From assembly GCA_963840035.1 (NCBI GenBank), contig CAWIXE010000001.1, positions 1,088,001-1,152,000 on the forward strand: a stretch of 64,000 nt of DNA, given 5' to 3'. The notes under the pieces are model-generated. The model was not told the origin of the DNA. It worked only from the letters and a program-made list of their open reading frames with translations, and did no database searches. Positions 38,896 through 48,983 of this stretch are shown piece after piece (positions within the stretch are counted from its first letter, which is position 1; each line of letters begins with the position of its first letter). The position numbers and the translations under genes are program-made. This DNA comes from a candidate division FCPU426 bacterium. GTDB taxonomy: Bacteria; Oederibacteriota; PGYV01; Palsa-1178.

Positions 38896-39171
38896 GCTTA
38901 GCTGTCCGCATTACTTTTGTCTCCAGTCTCTTGTCTCGTTTTACCTCAAAGTAAATTAACTATATAATAAGGAAGAAAAAGCAACGAAAACATGCCGACA
39001 GCCCCCTTATATTAAAGGTGTATTATGGAAAAGTTAACCAAAGAACCCAAAAACCCCAAAAAACTCTTTTAAAGTAGCATCCAATTAATTGGTGTTGACT
39101 TTTTTCTAATCTATGCTAATATTTTATATATATTGAATAAATCCCTCTTTATAAGGTCACGGGAGGCACAA

Positions 39172-42100
39172 TTGAAAAATTTTTCCGTCAAAAAATTACT
39201 TGTTACAGGTATTTTTGTAGTTTTATTCGCAACTTTCAGCGCCATTCAAGTCAATGCAGCCTATGTTATCTCCTCGCTGGATGTGCAGGTTTCACCGGCG
39301 GGCCAGACGGCAAAAATCGGGGATTACCTTCTTTTCCAGATGGCTGTCATCAACGCGAGTACGACGTATTCGAATGTCCATGTCGTAACCGCGACAGCGA
39401 CTACGGTTGTCATTACCGGTTCGGATTTTCCAGCCGGTTCCCCGGGCAATATGGTCTTATATGACGACACGCACACTTGGATTGTGAATGCTTATACGGA
39501 TATAACGGCAAGGACAGTCACTCTGGATGAGGCGCCCGGAAGGAAGATGGCGGGAAGGGCCGTATCAAACTACATGTCGCTTGCATCAGCCACATTTAAG
39601 GCGTCTGACGGCACGCTTGTTACCGGCGGTTCGCCGACTTTGGACATACTTCCGGCGTTAAACGGCATAGCTGTTTTTGACGACGGCGACGCTTTAAAGC
39701 ATAATGATACTTCAGGCGGCGACGGCATATGGAATGCCAAGTACATGATAAGGGAAATATCAGGCAAGCCTTTTGAGACAAACCAGCTGACCATAAGGGG
39801 ACATTATTTTGACGGAGCAACTTCTTTTGCCAGCAATGACGGCCTTCAGATAATGTCAAATCCGGCGATAAAGGTTGACGGAGTCAGGCCTGTAATACTT
39901 AACATAGACCCGAACCCTTCCGTATTTAATCCGGACAAGCAGTTCATGCAGATTTTTTATTCTTTAACAGAACAATCAATGGTTAAATTTAAAATACTTG
40001 ACGGAGCGACAACTGTAAGAGAAATGGCTGCCACGGGTTATTCGGGAGTCAACCAGCCGATCACGTGGGACGGACTTGATAATAACGGGGACATGGTAAT
40101 AAGGGACAGGGATTATGATTACCAGTTTGATATTACAGATGTTGTGGGAAATACCGGAGCGTCAGCCACCGGCAGAATAAAGACAACTTCAGTTGAGCTG
40201 GAAAACAGCATGTTTACCATAGATACTCAGTACAACCACCAGGACCCGGAGTCGGAGGTGGCGGTAATAGCTGAGATGACGTTTAAGCTGAAGAACGCAA
40301 CAAAGCCAAACCTGCAGAATCTCGGATTTGACTATACATATGGAGAGACGGCCACCACGCATGACTACATGAACTACCCGTACATTAAATATGACTTTAA
40401 AATATATGACAGCGCAGGAGCGCAGATAAGCGCCAACTCGAGGGATACGAGCGCGCTTGACATGGACCAGTACTATATGGATTTGAATAATGACAGGTTT
40501 TTTGCGTGCCCTAAGTTCTTTGACGGATGGGATATAACCGGACGCGTTTCAAATACGAAGGTGCCTTTTGTTTATGCTCCGGTGCCTGTTGTCCCGTGTA
40601 ATGTCACAAACACGGTGATTTATACCGAACCTGACGGGAATGATTCAAATGACTGGGATAATACGTTCGCGGTGACTTTGAACGATCCGACCGGAGCGGG
40701 AGATTACACGCTATCAATGAAGATAACCCATTATATGTCCGGTATGACGCCCGGGAATTATATAACCGCGTTCAGGGGACAGCTTGTGGGAAAGGAATTA
40801 TTTAAAACAAACAGCAAACCGCTTGAAGGCGCTGTGGATTGCACAACGGGTACCGTCACATCCCAGGTAAAATATTATTATGACACATATCATGTGGCGC
40901 CGAGTTTTTTCAGCAGCGACGGTTTTTTCGGGGATGAACGCGGTTACGGACTCTGCTCGCAAAACATACAGTCGGCATTTATTATAGAGCAGGATGTTGT
41001 TATACAGCCGCTCGATAAGACGCCGCCGACCATAGTTAAGATGTCCGAGTACCCGACAAATGGCTCCACGGTATCGCCGGGAACTATTTCCAAATTAAAC
41101 CCTATTAGTGTCACGCTGACTGACGACGGCGTCGGCCATGGTTCGTCAAATAACTCTAAAATCGAACTTTATAACCCGTCTGGAAATAAAGTCGGAGGAA
41201 CGCCGAGCTGGACAGGCGTTGCCAATGATCCGAAATCCTGGGTGCTTATATTCACGCCGGATGCGGATGTGGTGGTCGGAGGGGTATATACCGTTGAAGT
41301 AACGCCGGTTGACGCGGCAAATAACATAGGGCCGAAAACAGTATTTTCTTTTACCGTATATGATACACTGGCTCCGATAGTGAATAACGTAAATGTTAAA
41401 TCCAGCTCAAACGGTTCGCAGAACCTTTCGGGATACACGGACACGCAGATAAACTTCCTGGTATCATCAGTTGAAGCCACGCTCATACCGGCAGGAACAT
41501 CACCCGTTGACTGGACCGCATCTTCCATAAGGGTCAGCGGGGTTGCCGGAACGGTTGCCCATGATAATGGCACAAATGTAATCAGATTTATTCCATCGAG
41601 CACGCTTGTTGACGCGCATTACACGGTAATAATTAACGCTGTGTCTGTGGCTCAAAATGGGAATCCTGCAAACTCGGCAACATATACATATACTTTCTAC
41701 ATAACCACATCAGGAGTCGTATATGTGGACATATCCGGAACCGACGAGAATCCCACTACTTATATGAGGATACTTACATTTGACCCGCTTGATTCCGGCA
41801 TATCCGAAAACGGAGGAGTGACAAATCTTAACCCGGCGACGGATATAACTGTGGCCTCAGTCGCGTCACCTCCGCCGGCGCCCACAGGCCAGACAATCAT
41901 GGGGGGCGTAGTGAGTTTTTCCCTTTCCGGCTCATACAGCCTGCCTGCGGTATTTGATGCAAATAAATGCTCGGCCATACTGCGCATGCATATCACGGTA
42001 ACTGATTATAATAATCTTCTAAACCTGGGGCTTACATCCGCAAACTTGAAGCTTTACGTCTGGGATGGGGTTTCCTGGACACAGATTACAACGCTTACAG

Positions 42101-42573
42101 CTATGGCCGTGAGCGGTACAGACCGTTATTTTGAAGCGGCTGTTACCTCAATACCGGCTAATAACAGATACGCGCTGGCATATACACCGCCGGCGATACC
42201 GGTGGTGCCGCATCATTTTGACAACACAAAAATATTCAACCCCGCTGCAGGTCCGGCGAAAATATACTATACGGATGACATAAGCGATTACGGCGCTTTT
42301 GGCGGGAGCGGAAATGTAAAGCTGCGGATATACTCCCTGACGGGGACGCTTGTACGTACCATGGAGTACCAGAATGCCGCGGATTATCCGTTATTCACAT
42401 CATATGACGCGAACCCGCTGAACGCACTCGACCTTATGTATTACGCGGCGTGGGATGGAAAGAACGATAAGGGCGCGCTTGTGAAAAACGGCCTGTATGT
42501 CATAAAGATAGAAAAAACCACCATAACCGGCGTCAAGTCCAGTTCCACCAGGGCTGTCGCGGTTGTAAAGTGA
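39172..42573 (+). CDS. Large secreted multi-Ig protein with internal and C-terminal FlgD-Ig/T9SS-like sorting domains
   Basis: TTG start after GGAGG; signal peptide; PNPSVFNP..WDGLDNNG; Ig-like DxTPP/DTLAP repeats; C-terminal LRIYSLTGTLVR..WDGKNDKG.LV.NGLY..AVVK. Confidence 0.85.
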   Translation: MKNFSVKKLLVTGIFVVLFATFSAIQVNAAYVISSLDVQVSPAGQTAKIGDYLLFQMAVINASTTYSNVHVVTATATTVVITGSDFPAGSPGNMVLYDDTHTWIVNAYTDITARTVTLDEAPGRKMAGRAVSNYMSLASATFKASDGTLVTGGSPTLDILPALNGIAVFDDGDALKHNDTSGGDGIWNAKYMIREISGKPFETNQLTIRGHYFDGATSFASNDGLQIMSNPAIKVDGVRPVILNIDPNPSVFNPDKQFMQIFYSLTEQSMVKFKILDGATTVREMAATGYSGVNQPITWDGLDNNGDMVIRDRDYDYQFDITDVVGNTGASATGRIKTTSVELENSMFTIDTQYNHQDPESEVAVIAEMTFKLKNATKPNLQNLGFDYTYGETATTHDYMNYPYIKYDFKIYDSAGAQISANSRDTSALDMDQYYMDLNNDRFFACPKFFDGWDITGRVSNTKVPFVYAPVPVVPCNVTNTVIYTEPDGNDSNDWDNTFAVTLNDPTGAGDYTLSMKITHYMSGMTPGNYITAFRGQLVGKELFKTNSKPLEGAVDCTTGTVTSQVKYYYDTYHVAPSFFSSDGFFGDERGYGLCSQNIQSAFIIEQDVVIQPLDKTPPTIVKMSEYPTNGSTVSPGTISKLNPISVTLTDDGVGHGSSNNSKIELYNPSGNKVGGTPSWTGVANDPKSWVLIFTPDADVVVGGVYTVEVTPVDAANNIGPKTVFSFTVYDTLAPIVNNVNVKSSSNGSQNLSGYTDTQINFLVSSVEATLIPAGTSPVDWTASSIRVSGVAGTVAHDNGTNVIRFIPSSTLVDAHYTVIINAVSVAQNGNPANSATYTYTFYITTSGVVYVDISGTDENPTTYMRILTFDPLDSGISENGGVTNLNPATDITVASVASPPPAPTGQTIMGGVVSFSLSGSYSLPAVFDANKCSAILRMHITVTDYNNLLNLGLTSANLKLYVWDGVSWTQITTLTAMAVSGTDRYFEAAVTSIPANNRYALAYTPPAIPVVPHHFDNTKIFNPAAGPAKIYYTDDISDYGAFGGSGNVKLRIYSLTGTLVRTMEYQNAADYPLFTSYDANPLNALDLMYYAAWDGKNDKGALVKNGLYVIKIEKTTITGVKSSSTRAVAVVK

Positions 42574-42580
42574 GGCTGAC

Positions 42581-43579
42581 ATGAAAAAAATAATATTAGC
42601 CTTCGCAGTATCGGCGCTCTTAATCCCGGCTTTCGCGTGGGGCGCTTCAGGCATGTTAGGCGGGGCTTTCACTGACAATGGCATAAGCACAAAGGCAATT
42701 TCCATGGGCGGCGCTTTTACCGCCATTGCAGATGACGGAAACGCGTCATGGTGGAACCCGGCGGGAATGGCGCTTCTTGGCAAGGATAAATCAGTAAGCA
42801 TCACATATGTCCCGGATTATTTCGGGACAGGCCCGGCTTTTAAGCTTTCCGACATATTGGTAAGCTACGCCCAGGGCGACAACCAAGGCTGGGGCGCTTT
42901 GGGAGGCACGGTCAGGTACTTAAGCGCGGGGCTCGGAGCGGATTACGCGGGCGATACCGAATACAAATGGAACGAATACACCATACTTGTCTCATGGGCG
43001 ATGCAGATCGAGAAATATTTCGGCCTGCCAAAATATTCATACCCGAAAATAGCCGCGGGTGTTAATGTCAAATACGTCGGCGCGAATACTGACATGATTT
43101 TGGGCGGCGCGGAAGTTTCCGCGTCAGGAATAGGCGTTGACGCGGGATTAATGGTGGCATTAAAGGATAATTTCAAGATCGGAATTATGGGCAAAAATTT
43201 ATTCACGCAGGTTACCTGGAACGGCGGTTCAAAGGAAACAGTTCCTTATTCCATAAACGCGGGAGTATTTTACGGCATAACAAATGACCTTGCCGTATCA
43301 GTGGAAGTAAAAACTGACCAGGATTATCAGGGCGCGCCCGCGGTTTCGGCGTATTGCGGAGGGGCTGAGTACCGCCTCACATTCGGAAAAACAGCCCAGG
43401 TACAGGCGGCTTTCATCAGGGCAGGCTTACAGATGGACCCTAACACAAACACATATATCATATCAGGCGGTACGGCCATTGTTATGGATACTTTCTCGCT
43501 GGATTACGCTTATCAGCAGTTCCTCCAGTCCGGCCTGTCGAATAATAACCACAGGCTCGGCCTGACAATGAACTTCTAA
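42581..43579 (+). CDS. PorV/PorQ-family outer-membrane barrel
   Basis: STKAISMGGAFTAIADDGNASWWNPAGM; LDYAY...HRLGLTMNF terminal strand. Confidence 0.82.
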   Translation: MKKIILAFAVSALLIPAFAWGASGMLGGAFTDNGISTKAISMGGAFTAIADDGNASWWNPAGMALLGKDKSVSITYVPDYFGTGPAFKLSDILVSYAQGDNQGWGALGGTVRYLSAGLGADYAGDTEYKWNEYTILVSWAMQIEKYFGLPKYSYPKIAAGVNVKYVGANTDMILGGAEVSASGIGVDAGLMVALKDNFKIGIMGKNLFTQVTWNGGSKETVPYSINAGVFYGITNDLAVSVEVKTDQDYQGAPAVSAYCGGAEYRLTFGKTAQVQAAFIRAGLQMDPNTNTYIISGGTAIVMDTFSLDYAYQQFLQSGLSNNNHRLGLTMNF

Positions 43580-43611
43580 ACACCGCATAAACCCCGGGGG
43601 CTAAAAAAGAG

Positions 43612-45876
43612 ATGAACATAAAAGACCTGCTTCATACCATGATAGACAAAAAAGCGTCTGACATGCACCTTAAGGAAGGCAGGCCGCCGCTTCTGCGCGT
43701 GGACGGCCGCATAACCCCGCTCGACATGGAGATACTCTCGCGCGCGGACATGAAGGAAATGATTTACGCACTGATGGATGAAAAGCAGAGGAAGAAATTT
43801 GAGGAAACAAACGAGATGGACCTGGCCTATAATCTCGAGGGAGTGGCCCGCTTCAGGGCGAACGCCTTCCAGCAGATGGGCAAGTTCGAGGTCGTCCTGC
43901 GCGCGATTCCGATTAAGATACCTTCCATAGAAGAAATGAACCTTCCGCCTGTTTTAACCGAAATTTCCCTTTTTACCAGGGGACTTGTGCTTGTGACCGG
44001 GACCACGGGAAGCGGAAAATCCACCACTTTAGCCTCCATGATAAACAAAGTAAACGAAACCTACCAGCACCACATAGTCACCATAGAGGACCCCATCGAA
44101 TTTGTTCACGCCGACAAGAAATGCAGCGTGTCGCAGAGGGAAGTGGGGCTCGACACCGAGAATTTTAAGTCCGCCCTGAAATATGTATTAAGGCAGGACC
44201 CTGACGTCATATTAATCGGCGAAATGAGGGATGCCGAAACTGTGGGCATAGCGGTATCAGCCGCGGAAACAGGCCACATGGTTTTCTCCACGCTTCATAC
44301 CATGGACACCATACAGACCCTCTCAAGGATACTGGATTTTTTCCCCAAGGAACAGCAGGCTCAGGTCAGGATACAGCTGGCAGGCGCGTTAAAGGCCGTG
44401 GTATCCTTAAGGCTTATAGTAAAAGCGGACGGAACCGGCAGGGTGCCCGCGGTTGAAGTGCTTGTGGTCACCAATACGGTCAAGGGATACATGGAAGAGG
44501 GAAAATTGGGGTCAATAAAAGACCTGATAAAGGACGGCGGCCAGGTAGGCATGCAGACATTTGACCAATCGCTTATTGCGCTTTATAAAAAGGGCCTTAT
44601 TACAATTGAAGAAGCCAAGAAAAACTCCACTTCACCGCAGGAAATCGAGCTCATGTTAAAGGGCATAACTTCAAGCAGGAGTTCGGCGCAGTCCATACTT
44701 GACAACATGTTAAAAGAGCAGGTCCGCAAGGAATATACTTCGGATATAAGGGCGGCAAAGGACGCTGCTAACGCGGGAAAAATTAAAGAAGCCTTTACCA
44801 TGTTTGAAAAGCTGCGCGAGAAATACCCCGAAGATAAGGAAATAGCGGAAAATCTTGAAGCAACAAGGAAGAAACTTAACAACGACCAGTGGCAGCAGAA
44901 CGTAAAGAATACAATTATGGAAGGGCTTAATATATATAAGAAAGGCAATATAAAAGGGGCCATAGTAAAATGGCAGGAGGGCTTGACCCTTGACCCCGAG
45001 AACGCGCAGATAAAGTCCTACATAAAAAGCGCCGAGGAAAAAATTAACCAGATGAACAACCTGCCGGCCATACTGGCGCAGGGAGTGGAGATATATAAAA
45101 CCGGAAAGATAGACGACGCCATAGCCAAGTGGAGGGAAGTGCTTGTTTTTGACCCGGGCAATACGCAGGCCAAGTCTTACATAGACGGCGCTGAGCAGAA
45201 AATGAAGGAGTTCAAGCTTAAAAAGGAAATAGACAACCTGGTCAAATGGGGCTCTGATGAGATGAACGGCGGAAACCTGCTTGAGGCGCTGCTGTACTTT
45301 AAAAGGGCGCTCGCGCTTAAGCCGGAGGCCCCTGAGCTTAAAAAATCCATGGATGAATCATACGCAAAACTCTTAAAAGAGGATTTCGGCAATGACGTTG
45401 AGGCAGCGATAACGGCCGAGGCGTTTAAAAAAGGCGTGGACAGCCTGCTCGAGGAAGATTATTTCGCGACCTTAAAGGAATGGAAAAAAGCCATTGAAAA
45501 AAGGCCGCTTGAGAAAAAACTTAAGGACTACATAGAAAAGGTAAAGAAAATACTTAAAAACAGGCTCGAGGGCCTTATGGAAAAGACAGACGACTCTTAC
45601 AGGAACAAACGTATTTTAGAGGTTGTGGATAACATAAATAAGATCCTGCATATAGACCCGACCAACGATTTTGCCCTAAAGTACTTAAGGGATGTTAAGC
45701 CCCTCGTGGAAGAGGAAACCCAGCGTATTTATTCCGAAGCCATGGCGCTGCTTGCCGACAGCAAGCTGCCTGAATGCAGGGAAAAGCTCCTGCTTGTCAT
45801 GAAGATTGACCCGAACCACTTGACCGCGAAGAAAAGGCTTGAAGAAGTAAACGAGAGGCTTTCCAGTCAAAGATAA
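43612..45876 (+). CDS. PilT/PilU-family ATPase with long C-terminal TPR extension
   Basis: ASDMHL, GTTGSGKST, IEDPIE, LRQDPDVILIGEMRD, TGHMVFSTLH; about 400 aa of TPR-like repeats (A..KW...L..DP.N..A). Confidence 0.9.
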   Translation: MNIKDLLHTMIDKKASDMHLKEGRPPLLRVDGRITPLDMEILSRADMKEMIYALMDEKQRKKFEETNEMDLAYNLEGVARFRANAFQQMGKFEVVLRAIPIKIPSIEEMNLPPVLTEISLFTRGLVLVTGTTGSGKSTTLASMINKVNETYQHHIVTIEDPIEFVHADKKCSVSQREVGLDTENFKSALKYVLRQDPDVILIGEMRDAETVGIAVSAAETGHMVFSTLHTMDTIQTLSRILDFFPKEQQAQVRIQLAGALKAVVSLRLIVKADGTGRVPAVEVLVVTNTVKGYMEEGKLGSIKDLIKDGGQVGMQTFDQSLIALYKKGLITIEEAKKNSTSPQEIELMLKGITSSRSSAQSILDNMLKEQVRKEYTSDIRAAKDAANAGKIKEAFTMFEKLREKYPEDKEIAENLEATRKKLNNDQWQQNVKNTIMEGLNIYKKGNIKGAIVKWQEGLTLDPENAQIKSYIKSAEEKINQMNNLPAILAQGVEIYKTGKIDDAIAKWREVLVFDPGNTQAKSYIDGAEQKMKEFKLKKEIDNLVKWGSDEMNGGNLLEALLYFKRALALKPEAPELKKSMDESYAKLLKEDFGNDVEAAITAEAFKKGVDSLLEEDYFATLKEWKKAIEKRPLEKKLKDYIEKVKKILKNRLEGLMEKTDDSYRNKRILEVVDNINKILHIDPTNDFALKYLRDVKPLVEEETQRIYSEAMALLADSKLPECREKLLLVMKIDPNHLTAKKRLEEVNERLSSQR

Positions 45877-46542
45877 ATGAAAAAAATAATATTTTTCATA
45901 CTGACATTCATAGTGATCCTGCTGTCATTATCCGCTACCATAGAGATTGTCAGGATGATGCGCGAATTTTCTGTTAAGACCCCTGACGAGCTCGCTTTCA
46001 TGATTGGTTTTGTCGTTTACCTGCTGGTGCACTTCCTGCTTTATAAACCCGTATTCGCCCACGTAATGGCGCATGAGTTAACCCACATGCTGTGGGCGTC
46101 GCTTTTTGGCGGAAAGACAAAGGAACTGCGGGTGTCAAAGGAAGGCGGAAGGGTTTTAATATCCAAATCAAACTTCATGATATCCCTCGCACCCTATTTT
46201 TTTCCGCTCTACGCGCTTATCGGTACGCTGATATACTATATAGCGCGCGACGAGTTCAGGATGTATGTGGCGTTTTTGGTGGGAGTGGCGCTTTCATTCC
46301 ACATAGCCCTGACGCTTTTTTCCCTGATGACCAGGCAGGACGACCTGCATGAGGATTCAAACATAGTCTTTTCGCTGGCGTTTGTGCTTCTTATGAACAT
46401 ACTGGTTATTGCATTTATTCTTGCAGTGGTGTCAGGTAAGATAAATTATATAGTTTTTTTAAGGGATGTGCTATTCGGCTGCTGGCATATTATTAAATGG
46501 GCCGGGCTGTTTGTTCATAACCTCGGAAGAGTGGGGAATTAA
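45877..46542 (+). CDS. Membrane metalloprotease-like protein (M50-like, HExxH)
   Basis: AHELTHML within a hydrophobic protein; ISLAPYFFP motif. Confidence 0.65.
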   Translation: MKKIIFFILTFIVILLSLSATIEIVRMMREFSVKTPDELAFMIGFVVYLLVHFLLYKPVFAHVMAHELTHMLWASLFGGKTKELRVSKEGGRVLISKSNFMISLAPYFFPLYALIGTLIYYIARDEFRMYVAFLVGVALSFHIALTLFSLMTRQDDLHEDSNIVFSLAFVLLMNILVIAFILAVVSGKINYIVFLRDVLFGCWHIIKWAGLFVHNLGRVGN

Positions 46543-46690
46543 TAAGGTTGTGAAAAATATCATTTCGATAACGAGATACTTCTATGACGGCTTCCTCTGA
46601 TATCCTTGTCTTCTGTTTGCGTAAGGGAAATTTTTCTTGAATGAGTGCTTTTTTGTTGGTATAATAAGAAAAATGTATTGGAGGTATTAT

Positions 46691-46915
46691 ATGACTTATA
46701 AGGTTAATGTTGTAATAGAAAAAGATGATTTTGGTTACTTTGCATATGTTCCGGATTTAAAAGGTTGTCATACGCAAGGCGAAAACCTTGAAGAGGTTAT
46801 GAAAAACATAAAAGAAGCCATAGAATTATATGTTGAAACTCTATCAAAAAAAGAAAGAAAACAAATATCAAGCAAAGAAATTCTTACAACTTCCCTCGAG
46901 ATTGCCGTTGGTTAA
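46691..46915 (+). CDS. hicB: HicB-family antitoxin
   Basis: YFAYVPDLKGCHTQGENLEEVMKNIKEAIELYVE. Confidence 0.9.
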   Translation: MTYKVNVVIEKDDFGYFAYVPDLKGCHTQGENLEEVMKNIKEAIELYVETLSKKERKQISSKEILTTSLEIAVG

Positions 46916-47120
46916 GCAAGACAGACTAACAGCAAAAGAAGCTGAAAAACTTTTAATTTCCGGTGGTTTTGTTTTTTTAAGGCAAAAAGGCAGTCACAGG
47001 ATATATTTAAAAGGTACTTATCGTGTTGTCCTTCCGTTTCATTCCGGTAAAATACTGCATCCAAAAATACTTAAACAAGTGTTTTCAGCTATTGAAGAGA
47101 CAAACGATAAAATCAACTGA
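46908..47120 (+). CDS. hicA: HicA-family mRNA interferase toxin
   Basis: GFVFLRQKGSHRIY...VVLPFHSGKILHPKIL; probable TTG start overlapping the hicB end. Confidence 0.88.
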   Translation: MVKQDRLTAKEAEKLLISGGFVFLRQKGSHRIYLKGTYRVVLPFHSGKILHPKILKQVFSAIEETNDKIN

Positions 47121-47238
47121 TTTGTTACTGCCGTAATATAAGGGGCCAGGAAATGATAAAATCGATCGAAACAATGACGTGCTATTATACGACATACTTC
47201 TACGACGGTCCATTACGGGCATAGTGCGGGTATACAAC

Positions 47239-47268
47239 AAAAAAGGCGGCCTTTCGGCCGCCTTTTTT
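47239..47268. terminator. Bidirectional intrinsic terminator
   Basis: AAAAAAGGCGGCC-TTTC-GGCCGCCTTTTTT between convergent genes. Confidence 0.88.
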
Positions 47269-47282
47269 GTTGTATCAATATT

Positions 47283-48974
47283 TTACCACTCCAGCTTTTG
47301 TTTCTGTAATTCCATATATTCCTTCGTTATTTTTTCCAGATAATCCTTGGCTTCCTTATTTTCCGGGTCGGCTTTTAAGTACTCGCGCCATAAGCCTATG
47401 GACTTTTCAAACTCGCCCTTTGAATACTGGACGACAGCGCTGTTATACAGGTCCTGCAGTTTTTTATCCCTGTCAAACTTTTCCTGGTTTACGGCCTGCT
47501 CCTTTTTCTTTACCTTTGCCTGGGCGCTCTGTATGTAGCTGTATACCATCCTCTGCAGGGGAGAGGCTTTTATAACCTGGTTCCATTCCTCTATTGATTT
47601 CTCGTAGTTGCCGGCCGCGTAATTGTTAAGGCCCGCCTCAAAGTGAAGCTTAATGGCGGTCTTATTGCCTTCCTGGACGGAAAGGTTCTTCTCGCCGAGC
47701 GTCATTATCATTTCCTGCGCGCGCTTAAATTTGTCTTTTGCCTGTGTGTTTTCCGGGTCTATATCGAGCGCTGTCTTTAAGCTTACCATGGCGTCGATGT
47801 ACGCGTCCTGCTTCATGAAAAGGTCGGCCTCGGCGAGCGCGTTTTTAACCCGCCCGGTATTGATGAAGTTTGTAATCTCATGCGATTTGTCCATGAACCA
47901 CGGGTCATCCGGGGCCCAGATAAGCGCTTTATCAACGGCTATTTTAGCTCCGTCATAATCCCCGGATTTAATCGAGTCGGTGATTTCCTGCTCGAATTTG
48001 GCGACCGTTTCGCGTTTTATTTTTTCTACGAGCTCGTATTTGGCTTTTGCCTCTTTTGACTTGAACTGTGACTCTATCAGGCGTATGTTGTCGCCGAAGC
48101 TGTAGGCAACGGAAAACCTGTGTATTAATCCAAGAGGTTTTCCCGTGAGCGCGTAATTAAGCTCTATGTTGTTGTACTTAACTCCTGCGCCCGCCGCGAA
48201 TCCGTCCCGGCATATGCCGCCGCGCAGTGAAAAAATTTCATAAAGCGAATACTCGGCCCCGGCGCGCCAGGATATGTCTTTTGAGAATTCCTCCATGCCG
48301 GCGCCTGCCGATATTTTTAGCAGGTCCTTTATTTCCTTTACGAAGCTGAAAGTAATTCCCGCGTCAGCCGAGGCGTTCAGCGGGATGATATCAGACTCGC
48401 CCGATGTGTATTTGAATTCAGTCCTTATGATATTCCCGGCCTCTAAAGAGGCGCTTATATTATACGGAAGGGATAAAAGCACCCCTAAACCGGCGTCAAA
48501 TGCCCCGGCTCTTTCAGTGTAGAAATTGTGGTAAGTGTAACCTGCCGATACACCGACGCTTAAGAACGGAAAAAGAGAGACGCCGTATGCCAGGTTAAAA
48601 CCTGAAACTGAATCGCTGAAAGTGCCGATGAGCTGGTTGTCCTGGTCCCGCTCATCTATGGACTCGGTGTTCATCATGAGCACTGTGGCCGCGAAGGTGC
48701 CTTTTTCAAGAAGCGGAAGAGCGTAGGAGGCGGAGCTGAACAGGGACCCTTCAAATAAGTTGTAATATACCAGGGATAATTCCTGCATAGGGACAAGGCC
48801 CAAACCCGCGGGATTTATCATGGCCGAGGCGGATTCGGCCGCGAACGGGGCTGAAGCGCCTGCCATTCCGGAATCTTTAATGCTGATGCCTTTTAGAAAA
48901 TTTAAATTACCCGCGAATACAAAGGCCGGGAGAACCGCGGTTAATACTGCTGCTGTTAAGATGGATTTTTTCAT
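47283..48974 (-). CDS. PorV-family barrel fused to C-terminal TPR repeats
   Basis: Signal peptide; GMAGA...SAMINPAGLG; LNYA....LG..HRFSVAYSFG; then TPRs. Confidence 0.8.
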   Translation of the reverse strand: MKKSILTAAVLTAVLPAFVFAGNLNFLKGISIKDSGMAGASAPFAAESASAMINPAGLGLVPMQELSLVYYNLFEGSLFSSASYALPLLEKGTFAATVLMMNTESIDERDQDNQLIGTFSDSVSGFNLAYGVSLFPFLSVGVSAGYTYHNFYTERAGAFDAGLGVLLSLPYNISASLEAGNIIRTEFKYTSGESDIIPLNASADAGITFSFVKEIKDLLKISAGAGMEEFSKDISWRAGAEYSLYEIFSLRGGICRDGFAAGAGVKYNNIELNYALTGKPLGLIHRFSVAYSFGDNIRLIESQFKSKEAKAKYELVEKIKRETVAKFEQEITDSIKSGDYDGAKIAVDKALIWAPDDPWFMDKSHEITNFINTGRVKNALAEADLFMKQDAYIDAMVSLKTALDIDPENTQAKDKFKRAQEMIMTLGEKNLSVQEGNKTAIKLHFEAGLNNYAAGNYEKSIEEWNQVIKASPLQRMVYSYIQSAQAKVKKKEQAVNQEKFDRDKKLQDLYNSAVVQYSKGEFEKSIGLWREYLKADPENKEAKDYLEKITKEYMELQKQKLEW

Positions 48975-48983
48975 CGCGTCTCC

